Shown one piece after another: positions 37,743 to 51,930 of a stretch of DNA of 64,000 bases. The notes below the pieces were generated by a model that saw only the letters and a list, made by a program, of their open reading frames with translations, searched no databases and was not told the origin of the DNA. This stretch comes from Mobula hypostoma (lineage: Eukaryota): the NCBI RefSeq assembly GCF_963921235.1, contig NC_086097.1:28646001-28710000 (forward strand). Direction: 5' to 3'. The position numbers and the translations under genes were made by a program. The stretch's first letter is position 1. Each line of letters opens with the position of its first letter.

Positions 37743-39374
37743 AGTAAGTAACTGACAATTGATTCTGAGCAACAAAGATGCCAGCATGAGTCCCAACTAC
37801 AAGTAAAAACGGAGTCCTCACGTCTGAGAGGGTTTTGGCCAGCAAGTCACCTCATGACAACATGCAAAGGCGATGAGGACTAAACAGAAGATATACAAGG
37901 TCCATACTCCGGAGAACTGTAAATCCCTCATTCAGTTACTCCTCCTGAACTGGCTTTGTTGTTGTGTGCTGATCTTCTGCACTGGGAGAAAGTAGAGACT
38001 CCAGGCTGTACAGAAGTCACAGGCATCCGGGAAGCAGAATTGCTGGAACATGAGCCTGGGCCTCTTATTCTCCATGGCAAGAGGCGGGCACAATTTTATA
38101 TTCCCTTAGGAAAAGGAAACGTGCAACGGAGACCATTCTTTTCGATAAAGTTTTGAATCTGAAGAGACCTTCAGATAGCTCAAAGAAGAGCATCCCTTTA
38201 TATTCTCTTAGGGGATAGAAACTATCTCCTCACCTGCCCACCACTTGCTCTAGAGCCCCTCCTCCTTCCCTTCCGCCCATGGTCCACTCTCCTCTCCTAT
38301 TAGATTCTCCTTCTTCAGCTCTTTACCTTTTCCACCTATCCTCTCCCAGCTTCTCACATCACCCACCCCCACCTCCCACACCCTCACCCAGACTCACCTA
38401 TCGCCTTCCAGCTTGCATTCCGTCCCCTCCCCCATCTGGCTTCTCCCCACTCTCTTTCTCCACTGCTGCTGATGAAAGGTCCCAGTCTGAAAGATTGACT
38501 GTTTATTCCTCTCTATAGATGCTGCCTGACCTGCTGAGTTCCTCTAGCATTTTGTGTTTGGACTCTTGTATCTTAAGGGATCTTAAGATATCTCAAAGAT
38601 GGGTACATATTTCCCCTTCCCTTGGGGGAGGGAAATTGTGATGGAGATGGTGTAGAGCAGAGAATAACAAGGGCTAATAACTAGTAAATAAGGATGCAGA
38701 TTGTGCTGATGTGTTAACAGGGAAATGCAGACAAAGCCTAGAAGTACAGACATGGAATGCAGCAGTGTGCAACCATTGTTGTAATTGAAAACTGGATTTA
38801 TTGGTAGACCTGTGGATAATCATTTTATTTTGTAATCGGGACCTAGTCTGTTACCTGATTAAGTCTTCTTGTAGTGACATCCTGTTATCAAAATGTAGTT
38901 TTACTAGTAATCTCATCAATGGAGAATGTAAAAGTTGTACCAAATTCATTCTCAGATAATGAGCTTTGGCTGGTCTCCTGGTCCGTACCAGTGTTTAATC
39001 AATCACCTATTACTTTGAACACCAGCTCTGTGTGACCTTTCAGTTCACTCCTGCAGAGACATGCCCCTACAGATAAATTTTTGTATCTTAAGATATCTCT
39101 AAGATGGCACACATTTATATTGCCCGAGGGAGTGCTATAGAGATGTAATCCTATACACAAAGCTTCTCAAGTAACCAGTGAATTTCGGTAATATAATTTA
39201 GTCAACACACTGTACAATGTTGGGTGACAAACGTGGTCTGTTAAAAAAAAAACCAGCTCATTAAAAATAACCAGCAAATAGACACATTGAGTCTCAAAAT
39301 GACGACAAGCGGCACAACAGGAAATGGTTGGGGGTTGAGAGAGAAGCTGTGAACAGAGAGAACTAGTATCTTCA

Positions 39375-39596
<222 letters not shown>

Positions 39597-40268
39597 TCAC
39601 TTCCAATTCTCTCTCCAAAGACACTGCCCACCTGGTCCGATAAGTGTTTCCAGCATTCCATTTTTATTTCTTATTTTCCAACTAAGTGTATTTAGAACGT
39701 AGAACAGTACTATGTAGCAGTTAATGTAACGCTTTACAGTGGCAGCTGCAAGACTGCGGTTCAGTTCCTAATGCTGTCTGTAACGAGTTTGTACGTTTTC
39801 CCAGTGACTGTGTAGGTTTCCTCCCACGTTCCGAAGATGCACAGGTCAGGGTTAGTGTGCGTTAGGGTTAGGGCAATGTTGATGCTGGAAGCATGACAAC
39901 ACTTCAGGCTGCCCTACAGCACATCCTTGTTACAAACAGTGCATCTCACACTATGTTTCAATTAGCTGTGACAAATAAATCCAATTTATATCTTAAAAGT
40001 AATCTTTATAATCTTAACTGTGCACATTGAGCACATCTACATGAAACGTTGCCATGGAAAACCAGCATCCCATAATCAAAGATCCTCACCAGCCAGCCGA
40101 TGCTCCTTTCTTGCTGCTGTCATCAGGTAGAAGATACAGGTGCCTCAGGCCTCGCACCATCAGGTTCAAGAACAGTTATTACCCCTCAAACATCAGACTC
40201 TTGAAGTTCCTCTACACTCATTCTATTCCTGGTGTTCCCACAAGCAATGATCTCACCCCATTGCTACT

Positions 40269-40617
40269 TATGAGGGGTGATTGAAAAGTTTGTGGCCTAA
40301 GGTAGAAGGAGATGAGTTATTAACTTCAAACTTTCTGCATAATCACTCAGAGAGTTGAACTGCACGTGCATGTAATGAGAGCTGTATAACTCATCTCTTT
40401 CTACCTTAGGCCACGAACTTATCAATCACCCTTGCTGTGGACCACTTTCTGGAGGTCCAAGACACCAACTTCTATAAAGAAGGGATCCATTTGCTCCATG
40501 GCCACTGGACTAAGTGTGTAAATGTAGGAGGGGTCTATGTTGAAAAATAAATGTGCTAGGTTTCCTAAAATTGACTCCTTCTACCTTAGGCTATGAATTT
40601 ATCAATTACCCCTTGTA
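40269..40617 (+). mobile_element. Mariner-derived MITE retaining the transposase C-terminus
   Basis: TA ends and three TIR copies. 40434-40550 translates AVDHFLEVQDTNFYKEGIHLLHGHWTKCVNVGGVYVEK*, resembling the mariner C-terminal FYxxGI..L..RW.KC...G.YVE motif. Confidence 0.85.
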
Positions 40618-42093
40618 TTTATATTTGCATTTGCACAGTTCACAGATACTCTTCTGTAGATTTGCTGAGTATGTCAGGAGGAAAAAGATCTCAGGGTTGT
40701 ATGTGTTGGCATACGTGTATTCTGATAATAAATTTTACTTTGAACTTTACACAGGAGCAAGCCCATTGGCCCACCAAGTTGTACCAAACTAATTGGCTAG
40801 TAATTAAATGCCTAACTGAATTAATCCTTTCTGCCTAGACAATATCCCTCCATTCACCACATATTCTTGGGTCTACCAGTCTCCGTCACATCTGCCTCCA
40901 CCACTGCCCCCAGCAGAGCATTCCAGGCACCCACCCCTCCCAGAGTAAAATGGAACTTGCTCCATCTCTTCTGCTTTGTGATTAAATCAAACCATGAGCT
41001 CATTCCCAATAAAAGTAAGGATGATTATAAAAACTGAGTAATAGAAGGGTTGACACTTTTTTAAAAAAAATGTGCACAGTGAATCTATAGAGACAGGGGG
41101 AGGAATCCTTTTTGTCTTAAACTCAGCATGTCCAAGAGTTCAACTCCTAGTGAAACCACAGCCCTGTCAGTGTTTGCTGCTGTGTTATTCATTAACTAAC
41201 ACTAATGTACCACTGTGAATGCACGGGTGGCACAAACTGAGGAATCTAATCTCCTTTTCCCATCTGGCTTTGAAGGCGCCACATGCTAACACTGTCTCAT
41301 GTTTCCTTACAACACAGTGGGAGGGCAATCAGCTCATCAGTCAATGGCAGCTCTCAGAACACACCCATTGGTCCCATCCCCCACTGAACGCTCCCCCCAC
41401 TAACACTCGACAAGGTGCATCAGCAACCTGCCAATTTAGTAATGATGCCACTCAATTGTTACAACATGGAAAAAGTCGAACCTTCTCTCCCGTTCACAAC
41501 CATCACCAAGTCACTCATCCTGTTTTCTTCAACACACACCAGTCCTCTTCGCAGGTTCGGCAGTGCAAAGAGTGAGCAGTTTCAAATTCCTGGGTGTCCA
41601 TATCTCTGAAGACCTATCCTGTGCCCAATATGCTGAGGCAATCCCGAAGGAGGAACTCCAGAGGCTATATTTCATTAAGAGTTTGAGGAAATTTGGTACA
41701 GCAGATCCCTACCTCAAGCGTTCTAACTGGTTGCATCACCACCTGGTATGAAGACGGGAGACACCGATGCTCAATGCAAAACCTGCAGAGTTATAAACTC
41801 AGCCAGGTCCATCATGGCACTGGCCTCTCCACCTGCAAGGGTGTCTTCAGTAGGCGATGCCCCAAAAAGATGGCATGCATTAGTAAGGACTTCCACCACC
41901 CAGGATATGCTTTCCTCTCATTACTACCATCAGGAATCTGAAGATACACAGTCTCCCTTCCACCATCAGAGTATTATAGCAACCCATACAACATGCTGGA
42001 GTAACTCTGCATGTCAAGCAGCATCCAAGGAAAGGAATAAATATTCCATATTTTGGGCCGAGATCTTTCATCTGGACTGAAGTATTATAGTAT

Positions 42094-42260
42094 TGCAACA
42101 CGCATAAATATTGCTGGTGAACGCAGCAGGCCAGGCAGCATCTATAGGAAGCGGTACAGTCGACTTTTTGGACCGAGACCCTTCGTCAGACCCTTGCGTT
42201 CACTAGCAATTTTTATGCGTGTTGCTTGAAATTCCAGCATCTGCAGATTTCCTCGGGTTT
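42094..42260. repeat. Foldback Penelope pseudo-LTR derivative
   Basis: gcaacacgcataaatattgctggtgaacgca ... tgcgttcactagcaatttttatgcgtgttgc inverted arms. Confidence 0.75.
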
Positions 42261-43162
42261 GTGCATTATAGTATTGCGCTGTTTTGCTGCCACAATAACA
42301 ACAGATTTTATGACACATGTCAGTGATAATGAACCTGGTTGTGATTCTGTCACTCTATCAATCAGTGTCCCATTCTCTTCAATCAATGGCCAAAGATTTG
42401 GAGGGGGAGCTGGGGCAAAGACTGCACCTTCAAAGATTGGGAACTTCTGGGATTACAAAACTCAAATACACAGGAACTCAAGAATCCACATAGAGTAATG
42501 GGCTCTATCTAATACATCACAGACACCCCCCCCCCCACCATCAGCAGTATCTACAGGAGGCACTGCCTCAAAAAGGCAACATCCATCATCTAAAGTTTCC
42601 CACCATCCTGGCCAAGCCATCTTCTTGCTGCTACAATCGGGCAGGAGGTACAGAAGCCTGAAATCCGTGCTGCATTGCTAAATTCCAGATACATCACCTC
42701 ACATTCATTGACATTAAACTCCAGCTGCCACACATCTGCCCATTCCACCAGCCTATTTATATCCTGCTGCCGTTACCGTCCCTCTTTCCGCTCATTATAA
42801 TGCAAATTGTGTGTTGTTTTGCAAATTCAGAAATTGTTGCTTGCACTCCCAAGTTATTAAAGCAACAGTTCCAACTTTTAACCGCTGCAACACAGCATTA
42901 CTGAATTTCCTCCTGTCCAAGAAACAAACTTTCACCATGCTCTGCTGTCTGTTGCAAAGCCAACTTAGTATCCATTCTGTCCCTCCTATGCCACATGCTC
43001 TGGTCTGCCGCCATGCCAATTATATGAAACCTTATCTAAAACCCTGCAGAAGTACACTGCATTACCCTCAACAATTCTACGTTGAGGATGAGTGAAGATG
43101 GCGGTCACAGCCTCATGTTTTGGAGGCTTGCCCTGCACTCTTTTTTGCTCAGTAATAATCAC

Positions 43163-43356
43163 AAACAAGAGAAAATCTGCAGATGCTAGAAATCCGAGCA
43201 ACACACACAAAATGCTGGAGGAACACAGCAACAAAAGGCAGCATCAATGGAAAAAAGTACAGTCGACATTTCGGGCCAAAAGCCTTTGTCAACTGTACAC
43301 TTTTTCTAGATGCTGCCTGGCCTGCTGAGTTCCGTCAGCATTTCATGTGTGTTGTT
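43163..43356. repeat. Foldback Penelope pseudo-LTR derivative
   Basis: Inverted arms flanking tttcgggccaaaagcc. Confidence 0.75.
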
Positions 43357-43837
43357 CAGTAATAATGTCTGGATTCTGTACAATTGCTGAATGTCGTTTT
43401 TTTTTGCTGCATGTCATGCCTTGACCAACGCAGCACAGCAAATTTCTACCACAAATATATATAAAATATAAAATAAAGTTAATCCTTGATTTGATGCCTC
43501 GCCTGAAAAGGTTATCAAACCAGTCACGGGCACAACCCTCCCCACCTCTGAGGGCCCTCACCATTGGGAGTATGCCCTCTTTTTGTTACTAGCAAGGTAC
43601 AGGTGCCTGGAGATTCACACTTGGTGATTTATGAACAGTTTCTTCTCCTCTGTCGTCAGATTTCTGAATGGTTTATGAACCCATGAACACTAGCTAACTT
43701 TTTTTTTAAAAAAATGCACTGTGGGTGTATTTCTGTAACTTGTTGTCAATTTTATGTCTGGCCTTGTATTGCTGCTGCAAAACAACACATTTCACGCCAT
43801 AAACACAAGAGATTCTGCCAATGCTAGAAAGCTTCAG

Positions 43838-43842
43838 ACACG

Positions 43843-43873
<31 letters not shown>

Positions 43874-43896
43874 GCGCACACACACGCGCACGCACA
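43838..43896. repeat. (CA)n/(CG) microsatellite
   Basis: cacgcacgcacacacaca...cgcgcacacacacgcgcacgcaca. Confidence 0.9.
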
Positions 43897-46800
43897 ATGC
43901 TGGAGGGTCTTAACAAGTGAGGCAGCATCCATAGTGGGGAATAAGCAGTCAAATTTTTGGTCTGAGACCATTCAACAGGACTCATCATACGTCAGTAAAA
44001 ATAATTCTGATTCCGAATTTAACAGCTTCAAGCACTTTGATCACCCATTCTAAAAAGACAATCTGAAAAGTTTGTGGGAAAAAATGTACCCTGTTGGCAC
44101 CACTAGCATTTACCCTTCCCCCAACCCATTGCCCTAAAACTGAATGCCATGCTCAGAATAATCACTTGGGTGGGTTTGAAGTCACATATGGTAATTGGCT
44201 TACTGTCGCGTAAACAGTGAAAAGCTTTGTTTGGCATGACATCCATACAGAACAATCCTCAGCACATCAGGTAGCATCCATGAAAATGAAGAAACAGTCG
44301 ATGTTTCAAGCCGACTTTTTAGGACTGGAAAGGAAGGGAGAAGATGCCAAAATAAAAAGGTGTGGGGGGGGGGGAGGCAAAGAGAGTTAGTTAAAAGGTG
44401 CAGAGGGGGAACAGTGAGAGAGGGTCTCATTGAACACCCGAAGAAATTTAAACCTTTTTCAGGATAGGCAACCCTCGAAGAGATTTTACAGTGGAGCAGC
44501 AAATCATAAATACGAGAGATTCTGCAGATACTGGAAATCCAAAGCTACACACACAAAATGTTGGAGTAACTCAGCAGATCGGGTAGCATCTATGGAAATG
44601 AACAGACAGTTGACGTTTCAAGCCGAGTACCTTCTTCAGGACTGGGGAGAAAGGGGGAAGATGACAGAGTAAAAAGGTTGGGAATTGAATGTGGAATATA
44701 GTGTTACAGTTACAGAGAAAGTGCAGTCCAGGTAGTGTAGATACTCTCCACTAAAGCAGACTTTTCTTTAGCACAATCCAATGATTTGTCACTCAATAAA
44801 TCATAAATAATTTTTTAATGAATACCACACGTTAGAGATACCATGGTGGGATTTGAACTCACATCACCAGCTCAATGGTATAGCACTACAGACAGAAGTT
44901 CATTAACTATAATTTCTTTAGCCAGAGGGTGGTGAATCTGTGGAATTCATCACTACAGACAGCTGTGGAGGCCAAGTCACTGGGTATATTTAAAGTGGAG
45001 GTTGATGGGTTCTTCATTAGTCAGAGTGTCAAAGGTTACGGGGAAAAGGCAGGAGAATGGGGTTGAGAGGGAACATAGATCAACCTTGATAGAATGGAGG
45101 GGCTTACTCAATGAGCTGAATGGCCTATTTCTGCTCCCATGTCTTACCTCAATCTAACCCTTCAAAAAAGTTATACTGAAACAAATTAAAACAGCCCAGG
45201 GGTCATCTCAAGGGTTAAAAATCAAAGCTTCCTGGGCACCATTCACTTGGTGCTTTGACACATCAGTAGTCAGTGTTCTGAGTCCTGTTCCCCTGCAGAC
45301 ATTAATTACTGAAAGGTGTTGACACAGATAGGCAACTGCATACACGTATGAAATTAAACTGACAGAAGCTGAGTCTGCAATCAGCTGTCAGTATGCCTGA
45401 GGAACAGCTGCAGACACCAGCACTAACTAGTGCTAGAAGAGACTGGTAGGGCATTGTTCTACTGAGGTCAGTGTGCGCTAATGCCTCATCTAATTGGGAA
45501 CTCGATTATCCACTGTTCCTTCAGTGATGCTCCCTGCAACCCCAACCCCCACCCCCACGGTGCAAGTGTCCCCTGGTAATGAGCCTGGGCAAAAGGAGCT
45601 CCCATTGAAGTTTATTAAATCACAGCAATGACGATGTCAGCCCTGAGTCAACCAGTAGCACTCTCTCCTCTGGACCAGGAGGTTGCGGGTTTGAGTCTCA
45701 CGCCAGAGAGATGGGAACGTAGCTCAGCATAATGGTCTTATTAAAGGCGTCAGTTTACTGTAAGAAGGCAGGAAAATGGGGTTGAGTGGGATAATAAATC
45801 AGCCGTGATGGAATGGCAGAGCAGATCTGATGGGCCGAATGGCCTAATACAGCCCTTTGGTTCAGCAAAAGCTACTTTCCCACAAACACCAGGTTTCTGA
45901 ACCAATCTGTACAACCCAAACCCTACCTCAGCAACAGCACTCAACTGACCTCCTCACACCACCATGGACTTGTCTTCAGTCCTGTATTTGTTTTCCTTTG
46001 CAATAAGGTGTCGTTTTTCCACAGGTTTCCCTGTCACTGTATGGTGTAATTCTGTGTATAATTTATATTTTCTGTGTATTCTCTTCATCTATATGACTGT
46101 GATGCTGCTGCAAGTTCTTTATTATACCTGTGCCTCAAAATCATATTTATCATTAAACCATAATACATAGGAGCAGACAACACACATAAAAGTTGCTGGT
46201 GAACGCAGCAGGCCAGGCAGCATCTCTAGAAAGAGGTACAGATGATGTTTCCGGCCGAGACCCTTCGTCAGTACAGCAATGTGGTAACCTCCTCCAAGAT
46301 CAATCGAATCTTTCCATTCATCTATGTGCTTACGTATGACTATCTTAAACATCCCTAATTAATCTGCCTCTACCACCGTCCCTGCAGTGTATTCCACACA
46401 TCTACTAATCTGTGTTAAAAAACACCTACCTTTGACATCTTCCCCATCTTTTCCTCCCAACACTTTAGAGTTATGCCTCCTTATAAAAGCCATTTCCATC
46501 CTGGTAAAAGTCTCTGGTTGTCCAATGAATCCTTGTGCACTCCTATCAAGCCACCTCTCATCCTCCCTAACTCCAGAGAGAAAACTCCTAGCTCACAAGA
46601 CTCTCTAATCTGCACTCTGCTAGTACTGAACAGCCCACTAGCAAGATGAGATGGACTCTTGACCTCACAATATACCTCACGGTGGTCTTGCACCTTACTG
46701 CTTACACTTCCTCTGTAACTGCAACCCCTCATTCTGCATTGCTTCCCTTGTACTGCCTCAAAGCACTGTTGTAATGAAATAATCTGCATGGCTGAGATAC

Positions 46801-47218
46801 ATTGTACCTTGGAACACACTGCAATAATAAACCAATTTACCAACTGTCTCTCTATCCTTTGTATTAGCGGTGAGCTTTCATTATAAAGCAACAAATTTTA
46901 TGGCAACATTACCATGTATCGCTATCTCGTTTAAAATGATCAATAGATTAACTGTGCTTTGGACTTTGGATGGGAAGTCGAGTTCAGTGCTGGCTGAAAT
47001 CGGAAGGTCTCTCAGCGAGACTGAACCCTGCACTTGCCTGTCAGCACAGGATGTGACTGCGAGGGACTAGACAAAACAGTTCAGCATGGACTAGATGAGT
47101 CGAAGGGCCTGCTTCGTGCTGTCGTGTTCTATAATATCAGAATCTGGTTTATTTTCTCTGACAGGTTTTGAATTTTGCGGCAGCGGTACACCACAATACA
47201 ATAAGAAATATAATAAGT

Positions 47219-47506
47219 GGGCCGGCTGGTGGGGCAATGACATTGGCGCCAGACCTGGGAGCGGAGGTTCCCGGGTTCGAAACCAGCCGGGTCCACTCCT
47301 GAGTACGCTTTCCATCCGTGCCGGGTTGAGTGTCGAGGGAGAAGGGAAAATACTGTGAAAATGTCTGTGTGAAGAGTGGCGGTCCACACAGTCTCCCTCT
47401 CGCTCCGCGCCTTGTAAAAGCCATGAAAAAGACATCATCACAGACGCACGCACGGACACGCACAGACTCACATGCACGCAGGCACACGCCAAAAAAAAAA
47501 GAAAAA
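47219..47506 (+). mobile_element. Young tRNA-derived SINE with poly(A) tail and 13-bp TSD
   Basis: Head gggccggctggt...ggttcgaaacc-agccgggtcc with B box, CpG-rich body, A10GA8 tail, and TSD aaatataataagt at 47206-47218 and 47507-47519. Confidence 0.85.
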
Positions 47507-47744
47507 AAATATAATAAGTATTAGATAAATAGAGCAAAAAAGCGAGTTAGTGTTCATGGACCGCTCAGAAATATGAAGGTGGAGAGAAAGCAGCTCATCC
47601 TAAAAAGTTGAGTGTGCATTTTCGAACTTCTAGGTGGTATTGACGAGAAGAGGACAAGTCCTGGATGGCGAGGGTTCTTAATAATAGGGGCCACCTTCTT
47701 GACGCACTGTCTTTTTGAGTTGTCCTCCATGGTGTAGATGGTTG

Positions 47745-47950
47745 TGCTCCACTCCCCCATGCACCTACCTTCCCCCTCAGCTGGGCTCACCTGTCACGTG
47801 CCAGCTTCTACTCCTTCCCCTCCCCTCACCTCCTATTCTAGGCCCCTCCTTTCCAGTTCTGATGAAGGGTCCTGGCCCGAAATGTTGACTGCTCATTCTC
47901 CTCCATAGACGCCGCCTGACTTGCTGAGTTCCTTCGGCATGTTGCGTGAG
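47745..47950 (+). mobile_element. Penelope 3'/pseudo-LTR fragment with hammerhead motif
   Basis: Pyrimidine-rich UTR followed by cagtt-CTGATGA-agggtcctggccc-GAAA-tgtt-gactg near 47854-47891. Confidence 0.75.
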
Positions 47951-49521
47951 GCTGTTCTACAATGACCAAAACAACCTGCATATGATTTTAGGCATCTCTG
48001 AACCTTAGAAGCTGTAATTTGGTGTGTCAAAGCCCGCAGTGCTCTTCACCTTAGAAATCATTCCATGACAAGCAGGAATGCATTGAACCGACCGGCAAAA
48101 CCTTAACTCACTCCAGTTTAGCAACAATTTGATCACGTTGCACCAACACTGAGTTTGTTTTTTGCTCTAACTGTGACCTTTCTTGAAAACTTGTGTATAG
48201 CTTGTTTCTTTGTGAATGTTGCTGACATGATGTTACATGCCTTGATGCTGCAGCAAGTAAGTTCTCTATACCCCTGTACTTCTGCACATGGCAGCAAACT
48301 CGACTGTGAAGTTCTGCTAGATATCCGGAGATTGGAAACTGATCCCAGGAAATCTGGCCTCAGTCTATCCCGAGCCTTCCAGGGCAGTGTGGTAATCACA
48401 GTTCCCCCGATGAGTTTTGGCCAAAGCCGCAGATGACTGAAATATAATTTCCTTCTTTTTGTCTTGCACTCTCTAACATACAAGCCAACATTCCCCCCCC
48501 CCCACTCCCTACCCTGCCTTTTCTTTGAACCTCTGTTATAGCTTCTGGTGACGTATGTGCACAGAAGCCCAGATCTCCCGAGCTCGCACAAAATACTTCG
48601 AGACGTGAAGTGCAGGACTTGATAACTAATCCTCTGGACAGGCTGCAGTGGATGGCCTCGATTCAAGTCACTAGACAACAGCCATTAATTCTCTAAACAG
48701 CTCAGTGAATTGCTAACCAGTCTGAGGATCAGAGCCATGTCCCCCCCTCCAAAAAAAACTGACAATAAACCCTTTGTACTTCTCACCAACATTATTTACA
48801 GAGCCGTTCCCAGCAAATAAACCCACCATTTACACAAACAAAAAAATGAATCCTTCTATAGTCACACAGAGAAAGTTCACTTCCAATGAGGTTAACCCTG
48901 GGACTAACCTCAGGCAAAAAAAAGACATTTGAAATATTTGTGTTTACATTGCCAAATTTGGTAGAGGCAGATTCATTAGGGACACTTAAGAGGCTGCTAC
49001 ACAGATGAGAGAGAAATGGGGGGGGTTATGTGGGAGGGAAGGGAATAGGTTAAAAGGTCAGCATAATATCGTGGGCTGAAAGGCCTGTCCTGTTTCACGT
49101 TGTATGCAAGCTGAGAGCTGAACCAGTGACCCCACAGCTGAGCCACTCTCGATATAGACGGTGCGCCAACACCTTGATAGAGGTATACAGGTAATAAGAG
49201 GAACAGAGAGAGTGGACAGCCAGAACCGCTTCACAGAGAACATAATTTTAAGGTGATTGAAGAAAAGTAATGGGGGGGGAGGGGGGAGGAGAGAGTGTGC
49301 TGGGTGCGTGGAATGTGCTGTCAGTGGTGGGGGCAGAGGAAGATACGTCAGGGACAATTAGGAAGCTTTTAGGTAGGCACATGGATGAAAGAAAAATGGG
49401 GAAAATAGGGGGCTATGTAGGAGGGGAGGGCCGGATGGATCTTGAAACAAGTTAAAAGGTCAGCAAAACATTGTAGGCAAGTTGACCTGTACTGTTCTTC
49501 AAACTGCACTTCACTGACAGT

Positions 49522-49720
49522 CACAAAATGCTGGAGGAACTCAGCAGGCCAGGCAGCATGGAGGAAAAGAGTGCAGTCGATGTTTTGGGCCGAAACCTTT
49601 CAATAGTCCTGCCAAAGGGTTTCAGCTTGAACCTTTCCATAGATGCTGCCTGGCCTGCCAAGTTCCTCCAGCATTTTGTGTGTGCTGCTGGGATTTCCAG
49701 CATCCGCAGAATTTCTTTTG
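49522..49720. repeat. Foldback Penelope pseudo-LTR derivative
   Basis: cacaaaatgctggaggaactcagcaggccaggcagcat ... atgctgcctggcctgccaagttcctccagcattttgtg. Confidence 0.8.
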
Positions 49721-50729
49721 TTTCTTCACTGACAGTAACAGCTTCAGAATGCTCCAAGTTCATAAACTGCAAATACTATAGAAATGCAGTACCTTACTAA
49801 AACTTTGACAGTATATAGACAGACCACGGAGGGACAGTGCATTACTTAGCCTCACACTGGGCAATGTAGCTGTTCACGTAGAGCGGGGAGTTAGCAGGGA
49901 TCATCCAGGAGGCTGAGGGGGTGATAGGTTGGACATATAGAGAGGCAGTTACATCCAAGGTACAGGTTACAGGGGACTGTGTGACAGACAGGCGGGTTGA
50001 GGGGTTAAACAGCCAGTGCAGAGTACCCCTGTGGCCACCCCCCTCAACAACTGTCAGGAGGGTGGGGGTGACCCAATAGAAGAAAATCACAGCAGTCAGG
50101 TCTCTCTGACTCAGAAGGGAAGGGTACAGAAGAGATGAGCTGTGGCAATAGGGGAACTGTTAGTTAGGGGAACAGAAAGGAGATTCTGTGGACGAGAACG
50201 AGACTGCCGGATGGCATGTTGCCTCCTGGGTGCCAGGGTCTGAGACATCTCGGATCGAGTCCTCAGCATTCTTAAGTGAACAGCCAGAGGTCACGGTCCA
50301 TGTAGGTACCAATGACATGGGTAGGATGAGTGATGAGGTTCTGCAAATTGAGTTCAGGGAGTTTGGTGCTGAGTTAAAGGACAGCACCTCCAAACTTGTG
50401 ATATGACGATTGCTACCTGTGCCATGCGCTCGTGAGGCCAGATACAGGAAGATTATATGTAGCTAAGGAGGAAGGTGTCAGAATTTTGGAATATTAGTTT
50501 CTCTTCCAGGGAAGGTGGGACCTGTACGGAAGAGACAGTTTGCACCTGAACTGGATGGAGACTAATATCCTAGTAGGAAGGTTTGTGAATGCTGCACGGG
50601 GAATGGGAACCAGAGCGCCAGAACAAATAGTGGAGAGGTTGTGAAGACAAATGCTGTTAGGACCTCAAACAAAATCAGGAATCCTGAGGTCGAGCTTGGT
50701 GCAACTAACGACTGTGTAATAACACAGAG

Positions 50730-51930
50730 ATACCTATGACTATGAGGCTAAGTACAGCTCCCACACCATACTCAATTTTAGTGATGACACCCCTGTTGTG
50801 GGCTGTGACAAAGGGGATGAAGAATCAGCATACAGGAAGGAGATGGAAAATCTGACTGAGTGGTGTCACAACAACAATCTCTCATTCAATGTCAGCAAGA
50901 CCAAGCAACTGATTGTAGACTTCAGGAGAGGGGAAGCAGAGGTCCATGAACCAGTTCTCATCGGAGGATCGTGGTGGGGAGGATCAGCCACCTTAAGTCG
51001 TGGGTGTTACTATTTCATAGGAACTGGTCTATACTTAGCATGTAAATGCAGTTGCGAAGGAAGCACATCAGCACCTCTATTTCCTTAGGAGTCTGTGTAG
51101 ATTAGGTATGACATGAAAAATTTTGCTAGATGTGTAGTGAAGAGTGTACTGGCCAGCTGCAATACAGCCTGGCATGGAATCACCAATGTCCTTAAATGGA
51201 AAACTATTTGGTAGCCACGGGCGGCAGTGGAGGCCAAGTCATTGGGTGTATTGGCAGAGATTGATAGGTATCTGAGTAGCCAGGGCATCAAAGGTTATAG
51301 TGAGAAGGCGGGGGAGTGGGACTAAATAGGAGAATGGATCAGCTCATGATAAAATGGCGGAGCAGACTCGATGGGCCAAATGGCCGACTTCTGCTCCTTT
51401 GTCTTATGGTCTAAAAAGTAGAGGTTTTGGCCCAGTACATCATGGGTAAAACCCTCCCAAACATTGAGCACATCTACATGATACATTGCCGTAGAAAAGC
51501 AGCATCCATTATCCAAGATCCTTACCACCTAGGCCATGTTTTTCTCTCTCTGCTGCCATCAGGTAACAGGTACAAGATCCTCAGGACTCACACCACCAGG
51601 TTCAAGAACAGTTACTACCTCTCAACCATTAGGCTCTGGAACAAAAGGGGATAACTACACCCACCTGTCCATCCATTAAGATGTTCCCACAACCAACAAT
51701 CTCACTTTAAGGACTCTATCTTGTTATTTCATGTTCTCATTATTTACTGCTATTTGTTTATATTTGCATTCGCACAGTTTGTTGTCGTTCGCACTCTGGT
51801 TGATTTTTCATTGATCCTGTTGTAGTCACTATTCTAAAGAGCTGCTGAGTATGCCCGGAGGAAAATGAATCTCAGGGTTGTACGCGGTGACATATATGTA
51901 CTCTGATAATAAAATTGAGTTTGAACTTTA
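50730..51930 (+). mobile_element. Rex1/Babar-type LINE fragment nested in a CR1, itself interrupted by a CR1 3' end (~51205-51412)
   Basis: WCHNNNLSFNVSKTKQLIVDFR and LLPSGNRYKILRTHT peptides with the same 3' tail. Confidence 0.8.

Noticed and set aside
47219..47300. Functional tRNA gene
   Set aside because: No proper cloverleaf or terminator; it continues into a SINE body, A-tail and TSD.
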